DNA of 64,000 nt from Klebsormidium nitens (Eukaryota; Plantae; Klebsormidiophyceae). The stretch is taken from positions 1 through 64,000 of the forward strand of contig DF236986.1 in assembly GCA_000708835.1 (NCBI GenBank), given 5' to 3'. This document shows positions 1-10,966 of the stretch, in pieces (position 1 is the first letter of the stretch; every line of letters starts with the position of its first letter). The translations under genes were made by a program, and so were the position numbers. The notes under the pieces are model-generated. The model saw only the letters and a list, made by a program, of their open reading frames with translations. It made no database searches and was not told the DNA's origin.

Positions 1-1221
1 ATTAGCGTAATTGCCTGCCTTTCAAGGGCCCCAACGACCTTCATACAAAGCTGTCGCTGGAACTGTTTAGGTTATCTAATGTTTCAGGGCCCCAAGGTTC
101 TTCATTGATGGAGCAGTGGATCGAACCTCACTCCCATAGCTTTTATATCATAACCCATTGACTTTTTAACCACCTTCTTGACCCGTTACGGAACCCAATT
201 CCACCAGAATCCACCAAGGGTCGTTTTAGCGTTCCAGTATCATAGGCGGCCGTTTCTTCTATGCAATTTGGAGCTCTTATATTACTAGCTAGGGCAGTGT
301 GCAGTATACGTACTCGGACGTGTACATGGCGCTACCGTCTGCAGCATCCGCTGCTTACGTTGAAAGAGCTTGCGGCCCCTGGCAATCTGAGCCAGGAGCG
401 GGCTAGGCTTAGAGTTGGCCGGGCCCTAGCTCGCGGGCCAATTTCACCGGACAGCTATATGGCCTAGTTGAATATTCATAATAGTAGATTGATCTAGCTC
501 GAGCCGGTCACCGGGTAAAAAGTGGGCCCGAACTGTGCATCCATCGAATATGCACATATAGTCGATCATGCACGACGTATATACGATCATAAGTTGTCAG
601 CAGCTATATTCCGGTCACCTTTGTTTATGGCGAACACACGTGCTCATGTTAAATAAGACACTGTTAAATAAGACACTGAAATTATATCCTGTTCAAATGG
701 AGCGCTTGAGGCTGAGGAGGCCGCACTCAGATCCGTCATCCAATGTAACTTGACACTTGCATGTAGAAAAGATACACAAATCAATGCTCTTATTGAAAGT
801 AAGTTGGTGTATTACCAGGATTTAATTAGTTTCCATGCTTACAAACACAAGATATTCCCACCTATGTTTCAGAAAATGCAGACCAACACTGCTGCTGATC
901 TCTGAAAAGTACAGTGCAGCCTCCTGCAATGCCAATTGGCAAGCAGTGCGTACGGTACAAGCCAACAAGCCAACACTGGAACGTGCCTTTATAGGGTGTC
1001 CATCTTTCGAAGTTCTATCCTTCTTCCGTCAAACCCTGCTATGGTACGCAACTCAGGAGGGCCCGTCATCAGAGCTAAGGCATGGTACACTCAACCGTAC
1101 CTGCTAAGTCTTTCAGAGAAAGACCTGCTCTTATCTCGGCACACAACCTCAGCAAACCTCTGCGTCAAGGCTCTCAAGGAAAGGCCTACCTCCTACTCGT
1201 CAAAAACCACCATTCAATCAT

Positions 1222-3850
1222 CTACTTGACTGGCTCTGCACCAACCGCTTCCTTCACAGTGTTGACAACGAACTTGAGAGGTCCATTGCCCAGATCCGTC
1301 ACTGTTTCCTCCTTGGGCTCATCCTCAGCCTTCTCCTCGCCTTTCTCTTCCTCCTTCTCGTCGCCCTCTTTTCCGTTCGCAGCAACGTCCTCTGCCTTCT
1401 CGCTCGCAGGCTCCTCTGTCTTCTCCTCCTACAAGACAACAGAAAAACTGCCTTAATACTTACTGAAAGGCGGAGAGGCAAGGCAAAAGGTAGAGACCTT
1501 TCTCTTTCGTTGCCTAGTTTATTGATGGTTGAGCAACCCTTTAACCTCGAAGACTTCCCCAAGACCAGAGCTGTTGTCTGTCAAGAGGTAGACAGACAAT
1601 ACTTCTCGTGTTGGAGAAAAGTGGAGACATGATCAAGTACCAAGACAGTGGGTCTTCCTCAAAGCAATTGATTGAAGCAATTGATTGGAATACTCGTTTC
1701 GGAGAACCATGGACTGAAACGGACAGAAAGCATTCCCCCGTCAGAAGAATCAAATGGGCCTTCATCAAAGGTACCCATGAGAAAGAAGGGGTCCTTCAGA
1801 GCGAGGGGGGAAAAGCCAAAAAACAGACCTCCAGAAGTTCGTCCGCAGTGACTGAAAGGACGAGATGATGTCTGCGTGAAGAAACCAAGACCACTTCTTG
1901 GAAAGCCTTGACCCTTGAACGACAACATGTCTGCAACCAAGCACTTACCAAGTCACGAGCCCTAAGAACGGTGGCACTTGACCGTACAAAACAGTGACAA
2001 AGCTTCTTCTCCAAGGCCCCTAAGGTCAAGGGCAAACAGTTCTCCGATGTGCCACGCCATGTTTCTAGCTGGTTGCCAATAGCCCTCTCCAGATGGAGAT
2101 TAGTGAGCTCGAGACCATACCTTCTCTGCGTCTGCAGGCTTTTCAGCTTCAGCGGCCTCCTTGGCAGCTCCCTCGAGGTCAATCTTCTTCTCTGTTAGGC
2201 TGGGCTCGCTGGCAGTAGCAGCGTCTGTGGAAGGAAGGGCGTCGGCCTCCGAGTTGTCAGTGTTCTTCACCTTCTCGATTGCTTCGTCAACAGCCTGCCA
2301 GGGAGCAAACCAGCGTTCAGCCTGATATTAAGGTAACATAGAAAGACCACGCATCATCGATGTTCTTCTCCTTCCCCCTGTTCAACTACATCGTCAAGAG
2401 CCTGCCAAAGAGCAGATCAGCGTTTATTGCCAGCCTGATGCTAGGGTAAGATGACCACAGCCTGAGAGTATCAAAAGCTGTCAACCTTTCCCCTTGGTAT
2501 TGGGAACAAATAAGTGGCACAGCAGAGACCAGAGTCCTGGGGGAAATATACTGCAGTACAAATAAGGTAAGTCTACAAAGTTCCTCACTCAGAGGAGTCC
2601 TACTGATTCACTTGTTCCGTATTAAAGTGATGGTGGAACGATGTGACTACAAAGATCAAAAAAGTGATAACCAAGTCTTACAACCAAGAAACACTTGAGG
2701 GGTGATCCAAGGAACCGCCGAATACCCTTTGTCCATAAATATACCTAAAGATCGCCCTGCTGGACTTGACCGGCATACCAGATTATTGCCCCAACCTGGA
2801 CATGGCCAAGCAAACAGAGAGGTAAACAAGCAAGGAACCCCTCCCTGGACCACTGCTATTACCCAGACATAGCTGAGACCAGAAAACTCACTAGACAGAA
2901 GTTCTTTTTGACTTCAGTTCACTACAGTTGCCGAGAGTCACCCAGCCAAATAGTTACATGTTGGGAACACTTTCACAGAAACCTGTTGCTCCTTGGATAC
3001 GAAAGACTTCAGCCTCTTCCTTCCATTGCAGAGACCAGAGAATCTATTCTGCCAAAGATCGGTAAGCAATGTGTTTCTACATGAAAGCGCTTCCTCCAAT
3101 ATTCCACAGATCGACAGAAAATAGGCAGAATAGGACTGTAGGTGAGAGAATACTGGTGCATTATGTAGGGGTAACCTCTAAAGCTGCATGCAAACTAAGA
3201 TGGTCCCCAGTGTAGAGGTTATAGAACCACTCACTCCAAGAGTAGCATACACATTTCAGCTCAAAAGATTGAGATTCCCTCTTTCATGTAACTTGGCTGA
3301 AACAGTCTCCTCGCACGTGACGAATCAAGGGCTGAGAACCAACACCAAAAAGGGAAGCCACTTCTGATACAGGTGCTTTCAAGAGCCCCAGGCATCACCT
3401 TGCTGTCACAAGAAGGACCATTCAACATTGACCACTTTTGATGACTGAGCACAACTCGATGGATGACTATTTATCTAGGCCATGAACTCATACTTCAGCC
3501 AGAGCTCAGCAACAATCTGAAGGGGCTCATCCTGCATGCAGCTCACTTGCAATGTTTTAGCTCCCCTCTTTGCTCTTTTCAAGGTGCCATGTGCTACAGC
3601 TATTTTTCTTTCCCCAGTCATTCCTCCCAGTGGGGGTGGTAAACCAGCAGGTCTTCAAACAACCATCCCCCTTGGATGTAACAGCTTTTTGCCAGCAGGC
3701 ACAGACTTCATGGGTTCCTTGCAGATACTGGACTATGAACTTTCTGATTCTCAAAACCAACCACGCACCGAGCATACTCACCTTTGAGGCGGCAGCAGGG
3801 CTCTGCTCTGGGGCCAACTTGGCTACCTTGGTCGGCTGCTCGTCTGCCAT
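1222..3850 (-). CDS. Multi-exon gene, unknown function, acidic low-complexity C-terminus
   Basis: ATG at 3850 (MADEQPTKVAKLAPEQSPAAASK, then GTGAGT donor). Further exons read DEPLQIVAELWL (~3531-3495), AERWFAPWQAVDEAIEKVK...ADAEK (~2321-2120) and EEKTEEPASEK...GAEPVK, ending TAG at 1222-1224, with canonical GT-AG ends. Exons between 3490 and 2330 are unresolved. No family recognised. Confidence 0.55.
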
Positions 3851-4934
3851 TTTGGTGAGAAGGAATGGAATGGAAGGAACAGGGCAAGCGGGAGAAAGTT
3901 GAGACAAATGTGCTTGAGCAAGCTTTGCAGAATTGCAGGCTGGGGGAACTCGAAATATGGAGGAGCTGGAAGGGAAGGTGGCGCCAACGACTTCGATTCT
4001 GCTGAACTCTTGAAATTGACCAGTTCAGTTTCATGACCAACATGCAGCTCAGGCGACAGGTCACAGAGCTCTAGAGGACTTCGCGCCTGACGATCCAGTC
4101 TCCGGACTCCGAGTCCGGAGCCCACTGTGAAAGTGTGTGAATATATCCTTACACTGTTACAGTTGTCAACGGTTTCGTCAGGGCACTGCCCGGTTTGCCT
4201 CGCCGGGTGTCCCATGCATCCGAGAGCTAGGCGTGTGTACTATTTAGTCAGCTTCTTTCTTCAACCGACCGGTCACCGGCGCCTGAAACTTGTCAGAACG
4301 GAACTCCGCGAGTGCGTCTCCGACTTTCCAAGGCTCTGAGCTGGCCGGACTCCGCCGCAGTGGCGCAGAATGCGCGCGCGACATCTGGCCTGAGGCTGCA
4401 GCTAAGTCGTGCGGTATTGAATGCCGTATTCACACTCAACCCGGAGGCGATCATATTACCTACCTTTCGTCGGTCCCCTCACAGTCACTGTTCAGGCTTC
4501 TGCAGAGTGCACGAGGGACCGAAGATCACTGATTTCAAATTTGTCGTATCTGAATTGCTGATGTCACCTTTGGCCTCTCGTGTCCGTCGATCAATCCCAT
4601 CGGATGACACAAGGTCTATTGCAGATCTTCAAAGAGCGTTACCGAATCCAGCCGCCCATTACCGCACAGGAGCTTGGACTCGTCGCATGGCAACATTGCA
4701 CACCGCCCGTCAGAATGCACCGCCTCTAGTTACGGGGTAGCCGCATGCGGGCCTAGCTGGCCTGGTCGCCGTGTGGGGTACAGCCTCAGGACAGTGCCAC
4801 CAGCTAGCTAGGGCGCTCGCGGCTCATCTTTGAGGTGCATAAGTGGTGCTTTCTTCTGCCTTCAAAATTGAGTAGAGAATCAGCTTCTCAGTTGTTCGGG
4901 GCCAGGGTTTCTGGAGTATTGATCAATAAGCAGC

Positions 4935-7900
4935 ATGGCGGATCCGGAGCCAGCGAAAGGTCTCCTCCCCTATCTTCAACGAGCCGACGAGCTGCAAAAG
5001 CATGATCCTCTCATATCTTACTACTGTGAGCCATCTATATTGATTTATCTAGCTGGAGTTTATGCTTTTGCACTTTCATGAGCCAATCTTTGGGGCACTG
5101 CCTTGAGTTCTGATATTCTTCTTGGCTGAACAGGTGGGATCAAAACAATGCATTGCTGCAGCAGTGCATAGCAGACGGCCGTTTATTTACGGAGGTTGAT
5201 TGCGCAGATCCTTCGGTGCTCAATTGCGATGAGATCTTCCGTACTTACCTCATCTCCGATTTGATATGGTTGGGGAGCGAATTGGTTATCCATTTAGACA
5301 GCCTTAATATTTCGTCAGAACAGGTTGGTGCATAGACCATGCCTTACACCGGGGTTTTCTCTTCGTATGCAGGTCGCATGTATGCAGTGGACAAGGGCAT
5401 CAAGATCCCAAAGGCACAGCGGACACAGACCACCAATGACCTGCTCAAGTCGATTCTAATCCAGCTAGAAAAGGTGCGAGACAAAAAAGATAGGAAGCAC
5501 TGGCGGCATTGCATTCATTGCTGCAGATCACCCCAGGCTACAATGGTTGAGGGGCGTAGCGTTGCTTGAAACGTCTCCTGAAACGTTGCCTGAATGTCCT
5601 GCCTGAAGATGCCAAGGAGTGGAGCAATTGCAGATGAGACCGCCTCAAGCACCACTTCACTATCAAGCCATTTGTTTCAAACTGACGGGATTCCACCCAT
5701 CGCAGTCTTCAAACTTCAAGCATTCGCTGGTCAAAGTTGCATAGACAAGGTCGATACTGAAGCCGAGGTTAAAGATGGCTGTCACTCCAAACCCAATTCT
5801 GTCATGCCATTAGGACGGCACTATCTTTGCAGCCAGCATTGACAGCTGTCAAATAGATGCAACTCAAGAGGAAAGTCTTATAAAGCCGTATTTTGCATCG
5901 CTGCCCGTTCTGCAGGACAAGAAGGCGGTCAAGTTGAACGAGCAGGACGACCCCATGTATGTCGAGGGCTTTGCGCTTAACGTGTTTGCCAAGGCAGACA
6001 AGCAGGACCGGGCGGGGAAAGCTGACTTGTGAGTTGTGGTTGCCATCTCATGTCTTGTTTTGTCTACTTAAGTGGATTAGCTTTTCTTAACACGGGTCCT
6101 TTTCCATTAATGTTAGCCCTTTGGTTGATTGTGGACAACATCGCCAGGTTTCGCTCCCCTGATCAAACCAAGAAATCCTGTAAAAGCAGAGTCGAAGCTA
6201 GGCTAGAAAGTTTGTAATCTTGTACGATGAGTTTTTGGGATGTCTCGGGCACTTGTGAGAAGGCCGTTGGTTCAAGAAAGTTGTGCCCCTTTTCGATGAT
6301 CAGCCCGTTTGAGGAATCAATGGCCAAGTGCCCTTCTTTGTTCAATTTTAAAATGCACTCAGATGGGTCAACTTAAGTCTCTGGGGTTGAGATTCCCTTT
6401 GTCAGATGAAACCCGGCAAGTCGGACGGACTCTAAGAAGGCGCGCACTCTGCAGCATTCCGGCATCAGCTGCTCTTACTAGTTATTTATGCTGTATAAGG
6501 TCCTGAGGTTGACAAGAGAGCGTTTTGCAGGAACACGGCCAAGACCTTCTATGCTGCCAGCATCTTCTTTGACATGCTGCGGCAGTTTGGGGAGCTGCAC
6601 CCCGACGTAAGGCCTTCAGCCGACAAACATTGAACTTTACGCCTGTCGAACTTCACCAGCTTTTTGAATCCGCTATTGGCTATCTGAGGTCTCTTTGACA
6701 CGTCAGATGGCCCCAGGGCGTGTCTTGGCAGAGCCCCTCGGAAATCGTTTTCGTCCATTCAAACGCATACTTTTCGCATTGCTCATCGCCCATGAATGAT
6801 GGGAATTCAAGCCAACAGGATCCAAGCCAACGGAACTCAACCTAACGGAATCCAAGCCAGTGGAATGCAACGCCTTTTCTATACCTGCCTCTGCTCCAAG
6901 GCGCTTTCAGAATCTTGGCTGCGGCATAAAATCGACGCCTGCCAGCTCGCTTCGATTATCCAATACCGAGGATGCTCTTCTGAACTATCCTGCTTCGATT
7001 GCCCATACAGCTTTAGAGTCAGATTTGTACAATTGACTCTCGCTGGCGGTGTTCAAATCTCAACACCCGTGAATGCCTCTTCTCACAAGTCTCAAGCTCC
7101 TCGCTTCCAGATCGCTGAGAAGCAGAAGTACGCCGTATGGAAAGCGGCAGACATCCGCGCAGCGTTGAGAGACGGGCGCAAACCGATGGCCGGCCCTCCG
7201 GGGGGTGATGCGACCATGGACCAAGATGATTCGTTGGTAAGCTTATCTACCTGGGGTCTTGCTTTGGAACATTGATTCGGTGCTTGTGTTTTGGGGTCCT
7301 TCTATTCTGGCCCTTGCTTCTGGGACGTTGCTTCTGGGGTGTTGAATTGGTCTCCTGTGGTTTAAAGTGGGGCCTTGTTTTGGGGTTGTCTGGTATGTTG
7401 AATTGCTTTCCTGTGGTATAAATTGGGGCCTTGTCTTGGGGTTGTCTGGTATAGAGTGGGGCTGTGTCGGGGATCTTGCTTCGGGGGGCCTTGTTGCATG
7501 GACCTTGTGTCTGAGCCTCGTTTTGGAAGCCTTTTCGTATGCGGGTCTTCATTCTCGAGTCCTTGAGTCTGAGCCTTCTTCTGCCTTTGGCTTTGTTTCT
7601 CTTGACGCGCTGTTCTGGGGGAGTGGTTATCAAGAACCGTGACCACTTCTTCGCGCACTCTTCTGCGCAGTCTCAATAAACTCGGACCTTAATGTCACCC
7701 TACAGAGGGGCATTGTGTCCAGTCTTCTTCTCGGCAGCGACCAAGGGGAGAAAAGCCGAAAACGATTATGCCTGATACATGCTGATTGCGTATCATTTGG
7801 ATCTTAGCCTGATTGTTGTGGAACGACCCAGGCTTAGCCTCAAAGCTGGTTTTGCGACGCGGCTCAAATACCAATCTCGAACCTGATTCTTCCACAGGCC

Positions 7901-9470
7901 TCCAGCCAGGCCCCCTCTTTGGACCGCCCCGTCTCCTTCAGCGACAACCTCCCGTCCATCCCCCCTCCGCAACCCCCCTCCGAGGCCTTCAACGGCTTCA
8001 GCTTATCGCACCCCCCCCCGGAGCAAAGCGGGGGGCCCCACGACCAGCCTCCCTTCCCTGGAATGCGCACCGGAGGACCCCCCCCTCAGGGTCCCCCCCC
8101 CGGGGGCCTTTCCTACCCCTCCTTTGACTCGTTCAAGCACTCGTCCGCGCCATCAATGCCTCCACCCCCACCGGCCGTCTCTCAGCCACACGACCCCCCC
8201 TCAGCGCCAGACATGGGACCGGCCCCCCCCCCGAGGGTCTACCCAGGAGGGGATCNNNNNNNNNNNNNNNNNNNNNNNNNNNNNNNNNNNNNNNNNNNNN
8301 NNNNNNNNNNNNNNNNNNNNNNNNNNNNNNNNNNNNNNNNNNNNNNNNNNNNNNNNNNNNNNNNNNNNNNNNNNNNNNNNNNNNNNNNNNNNNNNNNNNN
8401 NNNNNNNNNNNNNNNNNNNNNNNNNNNNNNNNNNNNNNNNNNNNNNNNNNNNNNNNNNNNNNNNNNNNNNNNNNNNNNNNNNNNNNNNNNNNNNNNNNNN
8501 NNNNNNNNNNNNNNNNNNNNNNNNNNNNNNNNNNNNNNNNNNNNNNNNNNNNNNNNNNNNNNNNNNNNNNNNNNNNNNNNNNNNNNNNNNNNNNNNNNNN
8601 NNNNNNNNNNNNNNNNNNNNNNNNNNNNNNNNNNNNNNNNNNNNNNNNNNNNNNNNNNNNNNNNNNNNNNNNNNNNNNNNNNNNNNNNNNNNNNNNNNNN
8701 NNNNNNNNNNNNNNNNNNNNNNNNNNNNNNNNNNNNNNNNNNNNNNNNNNNNNNNNNNNNNNNNNNNNNNNNNNNNNNNNNNNNNNNNNNNNNNNNNNNN
8801 NNNNNNNNNNNNNNNNNNNNNNNNNNNNNNNNNNNNNNNNNNNNNNNNNNNNNNNNNNNNNNNNNNNNNNNNNNNNNNNNNNNNCCGGCCCCCCCCCCCG
8901 AGGGTCTACCCAGGAGGGGATCCCTCTGCCCCCAGCTTCCACAACCCCCTGGGGGGCAACTTCGGGCAGAGACCGCAGCCTCACGAACCCCCCTCAGCGC
9001 CGGACATGGGACCGCGCCCCCCCCCGAGGGTCTTCCCAGGAGGGGATCCCTCCGCACCCAGCTTTCACAACCCCTTGGGGGGCAACTTCGCACAGAAACC
9101 GCAGCACGGGTATGGTGGCCCGCCGCCACCGGGGGGGGCTGGATACCAGGTGCCACCGCCCCCTGCTAGCAGCTCTGGCTATCCGAGCATCCCCCCACGA
9201 AACTCGACCCCTCCTCCGGTTTTGCCGTCGGTTCCGTCAAGAGCTCCGCAGCCTGTGGGAGGGGGGCAGAGTTACTTCAGTGGGGTGCAGATGCCGAACC
9301 CCGTCCCGGGGTACACCCCGACGCCCGACAGAGTGTTGGAAGCCCAAAAGCTCGGAAGGTTTGCGGTCAGCGCGCTAGGATTCGATGATGTGCAGCCAGC
9401 GATTAAGTACCTGACGCAAGCGCTGACGCTCTTGATGGTGCCCAATGCGGACATAGGAGAGATAAAGTAG
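4935..9470 (+). CDS. VTA1: VTA1/LIP5, ESCRT VPS4 cofactor (MIT domains, Pro-rich linker, C-terminal VSL domain)
   Basis: Spliced exons: MADPEPAKGLLPYLQRADELQKHDPLISYYC / RMYAVDKGIKIPKAQRTQTTNDLLKSILIQLEK / DKKAVKL...VEGFALNVFAKADKQDRAGKADL / NTAKTFYAASIFFDMLRQFGELHPD / IAEKQKYAVWKAADIRAALRDGRKPMAGPPGG. The last exon ends EAQKLGRFAVSALGFDDVQPAIKYLTQALTLL. These match the plant LIP5 family. Confidence 0.92.
6802..6874. repeat. Intronic 15-bp minisatellite, about 5 units
   Basis: ggaattcaagccaac / aggatccaagccaac / ggaactcaacctaac / ggaatccaagccagt / ggaatgcaacgcc inside a VTA1 intron. Confidence 0.8.
7341..7452. repeat. Intronic 56-bp tandem duplication within a G/T-rich degenerate repeat tract (~7250-7520)
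   Basis: gttgaattggtctcctgtggtttaaagtggggccttgtttttggggttgtctggtat is followed by gttgaattgctttcctgtggtataaattggggccttgtcttggggttgtctggtat. Confidence 0.8.
8186..9095 (+). repeat. Coding 126-bp (42-aa) tandem repeat in the VTA1 last exon, interrupted by an assembly gap
   Basis: gagggtct(a/t)cccagg recurs at 8233, 8900 and 9026, giving a 126-nt period between the last two. Unit: RVYPGGDPSAPSFHNPLGGNFGQRPQPHEPPSAPDMGPRPPP. Confidence 0.9.
8256..8884. other. Assembly gap (629 N)
   Basis: Run of N flanked on both sides by the same repeat unit. The reading frame differs across the gap, so the gap length is an estimate. Confidence 0.99.
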
Positions 9471-10966
9471 AACTATTGTCATCTTCAAGTGGGCACTCCG
9501 GTAGATAGTCCACCAAAACTTGCACAGTTGCTGGCGGTTTTAAACCCTTTGCTGTACAGACGGTCAGTATTTGGCCGGCCTATGTGAGATTGCAACTGAG
9601 TGTAGGAAGGTGGATCGACTTTCTAATACCCCTTGTGTTACAATCAAGGCAATGAACTCAGATAAGTCCCTGGTGAGCCATGTACTCGCGACCCGCATTC
9701 TTTTGACACCTAATGGTGTGAGGATTTATCCATTCAGAATCAAATTGGAGAGACTGCCTAATTGCAGTCATGCATGAGTGATCATGAGCCTCTGACCGTG
9801 CAGCCAATCCATGATCGACGGTGCATCTAGCAGGCGATGGTGCCAGGCCCTAGGGTTACAGTCAATTCCGCATGACGCGTCGAGACCACTGGCATGCCCT
9901 TAATGAATATGTGAGCTCGAATTGTCCCCGTGCGCGTCTGGGACCGTGACTGCAACGGCTGCATATTGAACCGGGCGCGCCGCATGTGCAGAAGAGGCGG
10001 CCTACATACAATATAGTATAGCTGCAGCTTCAAACCGCCAGGAGTCGGCCGCCCGCGGGCCGGGCCGAACAAGCTTCGCTCGCATGGCGGGCGCGCGCGG
10101 CCGCGCGCCCGTCGCACATATGTATGCCAGCAGGCCGTATGTATACTACGATGGCCACAGTATAATAAAATCTTACCAAGTACGTACCGGCAACAGGCTT
10201 GAACGCATGCATGGATATGGATTGGCCTCGAGCCTGTGCATGAAACGTATAGGTATACCGTCAATATAATTGATTCAAACAATCAAACTGTCTGATCAAT
10301 CGAGGAGTGGAGCTAGCACGTCGATAAATTATGTACGTAGGTGTGTATATGCATCATGTGCAGGATCTCAACCAGGCTCGAGCGAGGCTGCACGAGTAAA
10401 CATATATTGCATGTACGTTGAATATAGATATAAGTTAAAAACAAGTAATAATCTGACAATCGAGCCTGGATCCAGGCTCACGAGCCGCTCTGCAATGGTC
10501 CCTCTTGTGTCCGGTCTGATTGATGTATCTCCAGATCCATAATGCATGCGGAGGGCATATCGGCACGACCGGTGTTGCATCGCAAGTACATTGATGCAAG
10601 CTAGAATACAAGGATGGTAAAGGTACCTATAACGTACTCCAATCTGCAACATGCAAGTCTTTCGAGCTGTTGCGGACCGTTACTCTTTGACTTTTCCTTA
10701 TAGATCCAAGATTATACATCTCGTTGCTATCTGCGCAGGCTCTGCTTGTATTTTACAGAGAATAGAAGTTTGTGAGAAACTGATTATCTTCTTTTCTATC
10801 TTTTTGTGACCATATTATAAATTGGCTTTTATCTATGACTCAATTTTCAAATGATAACATCTATTATAGACCACCTTGACCGCGTAAGGATATCTGTATC
10901 GTCAGCGTGCATCTGATTAAGCGGTATCTTTGCGGCTCCAATATAAAGCCGCGCGGTCGCTGATCT

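Noticed and set aside
95-170. tRNA B-box-like GGTTCGATCC on the minus strand
   Set aside because: No canonical T-stem, acceptor stem or cloverleaf could be folded around it.
641-671. 15-bp tandem duplication tgttaaataagacac x2
   Set aside because: Real but isolated and ordinary; no further structure.
6796-7275. ORF with GIQAN-like pentapeptide repeats
   Set aside because: Lies in a VTA1 intron and arises from a 15-bp minisatellite; only its 3' part overlaps a true exon.
7919-9169. Long ORFs of 283-448 aa on both strands across 7919-9470
   Set aside because: Inflated by the N gap. Only the VTA1 last exon on the + strand is real, and it changes frame across the gap.
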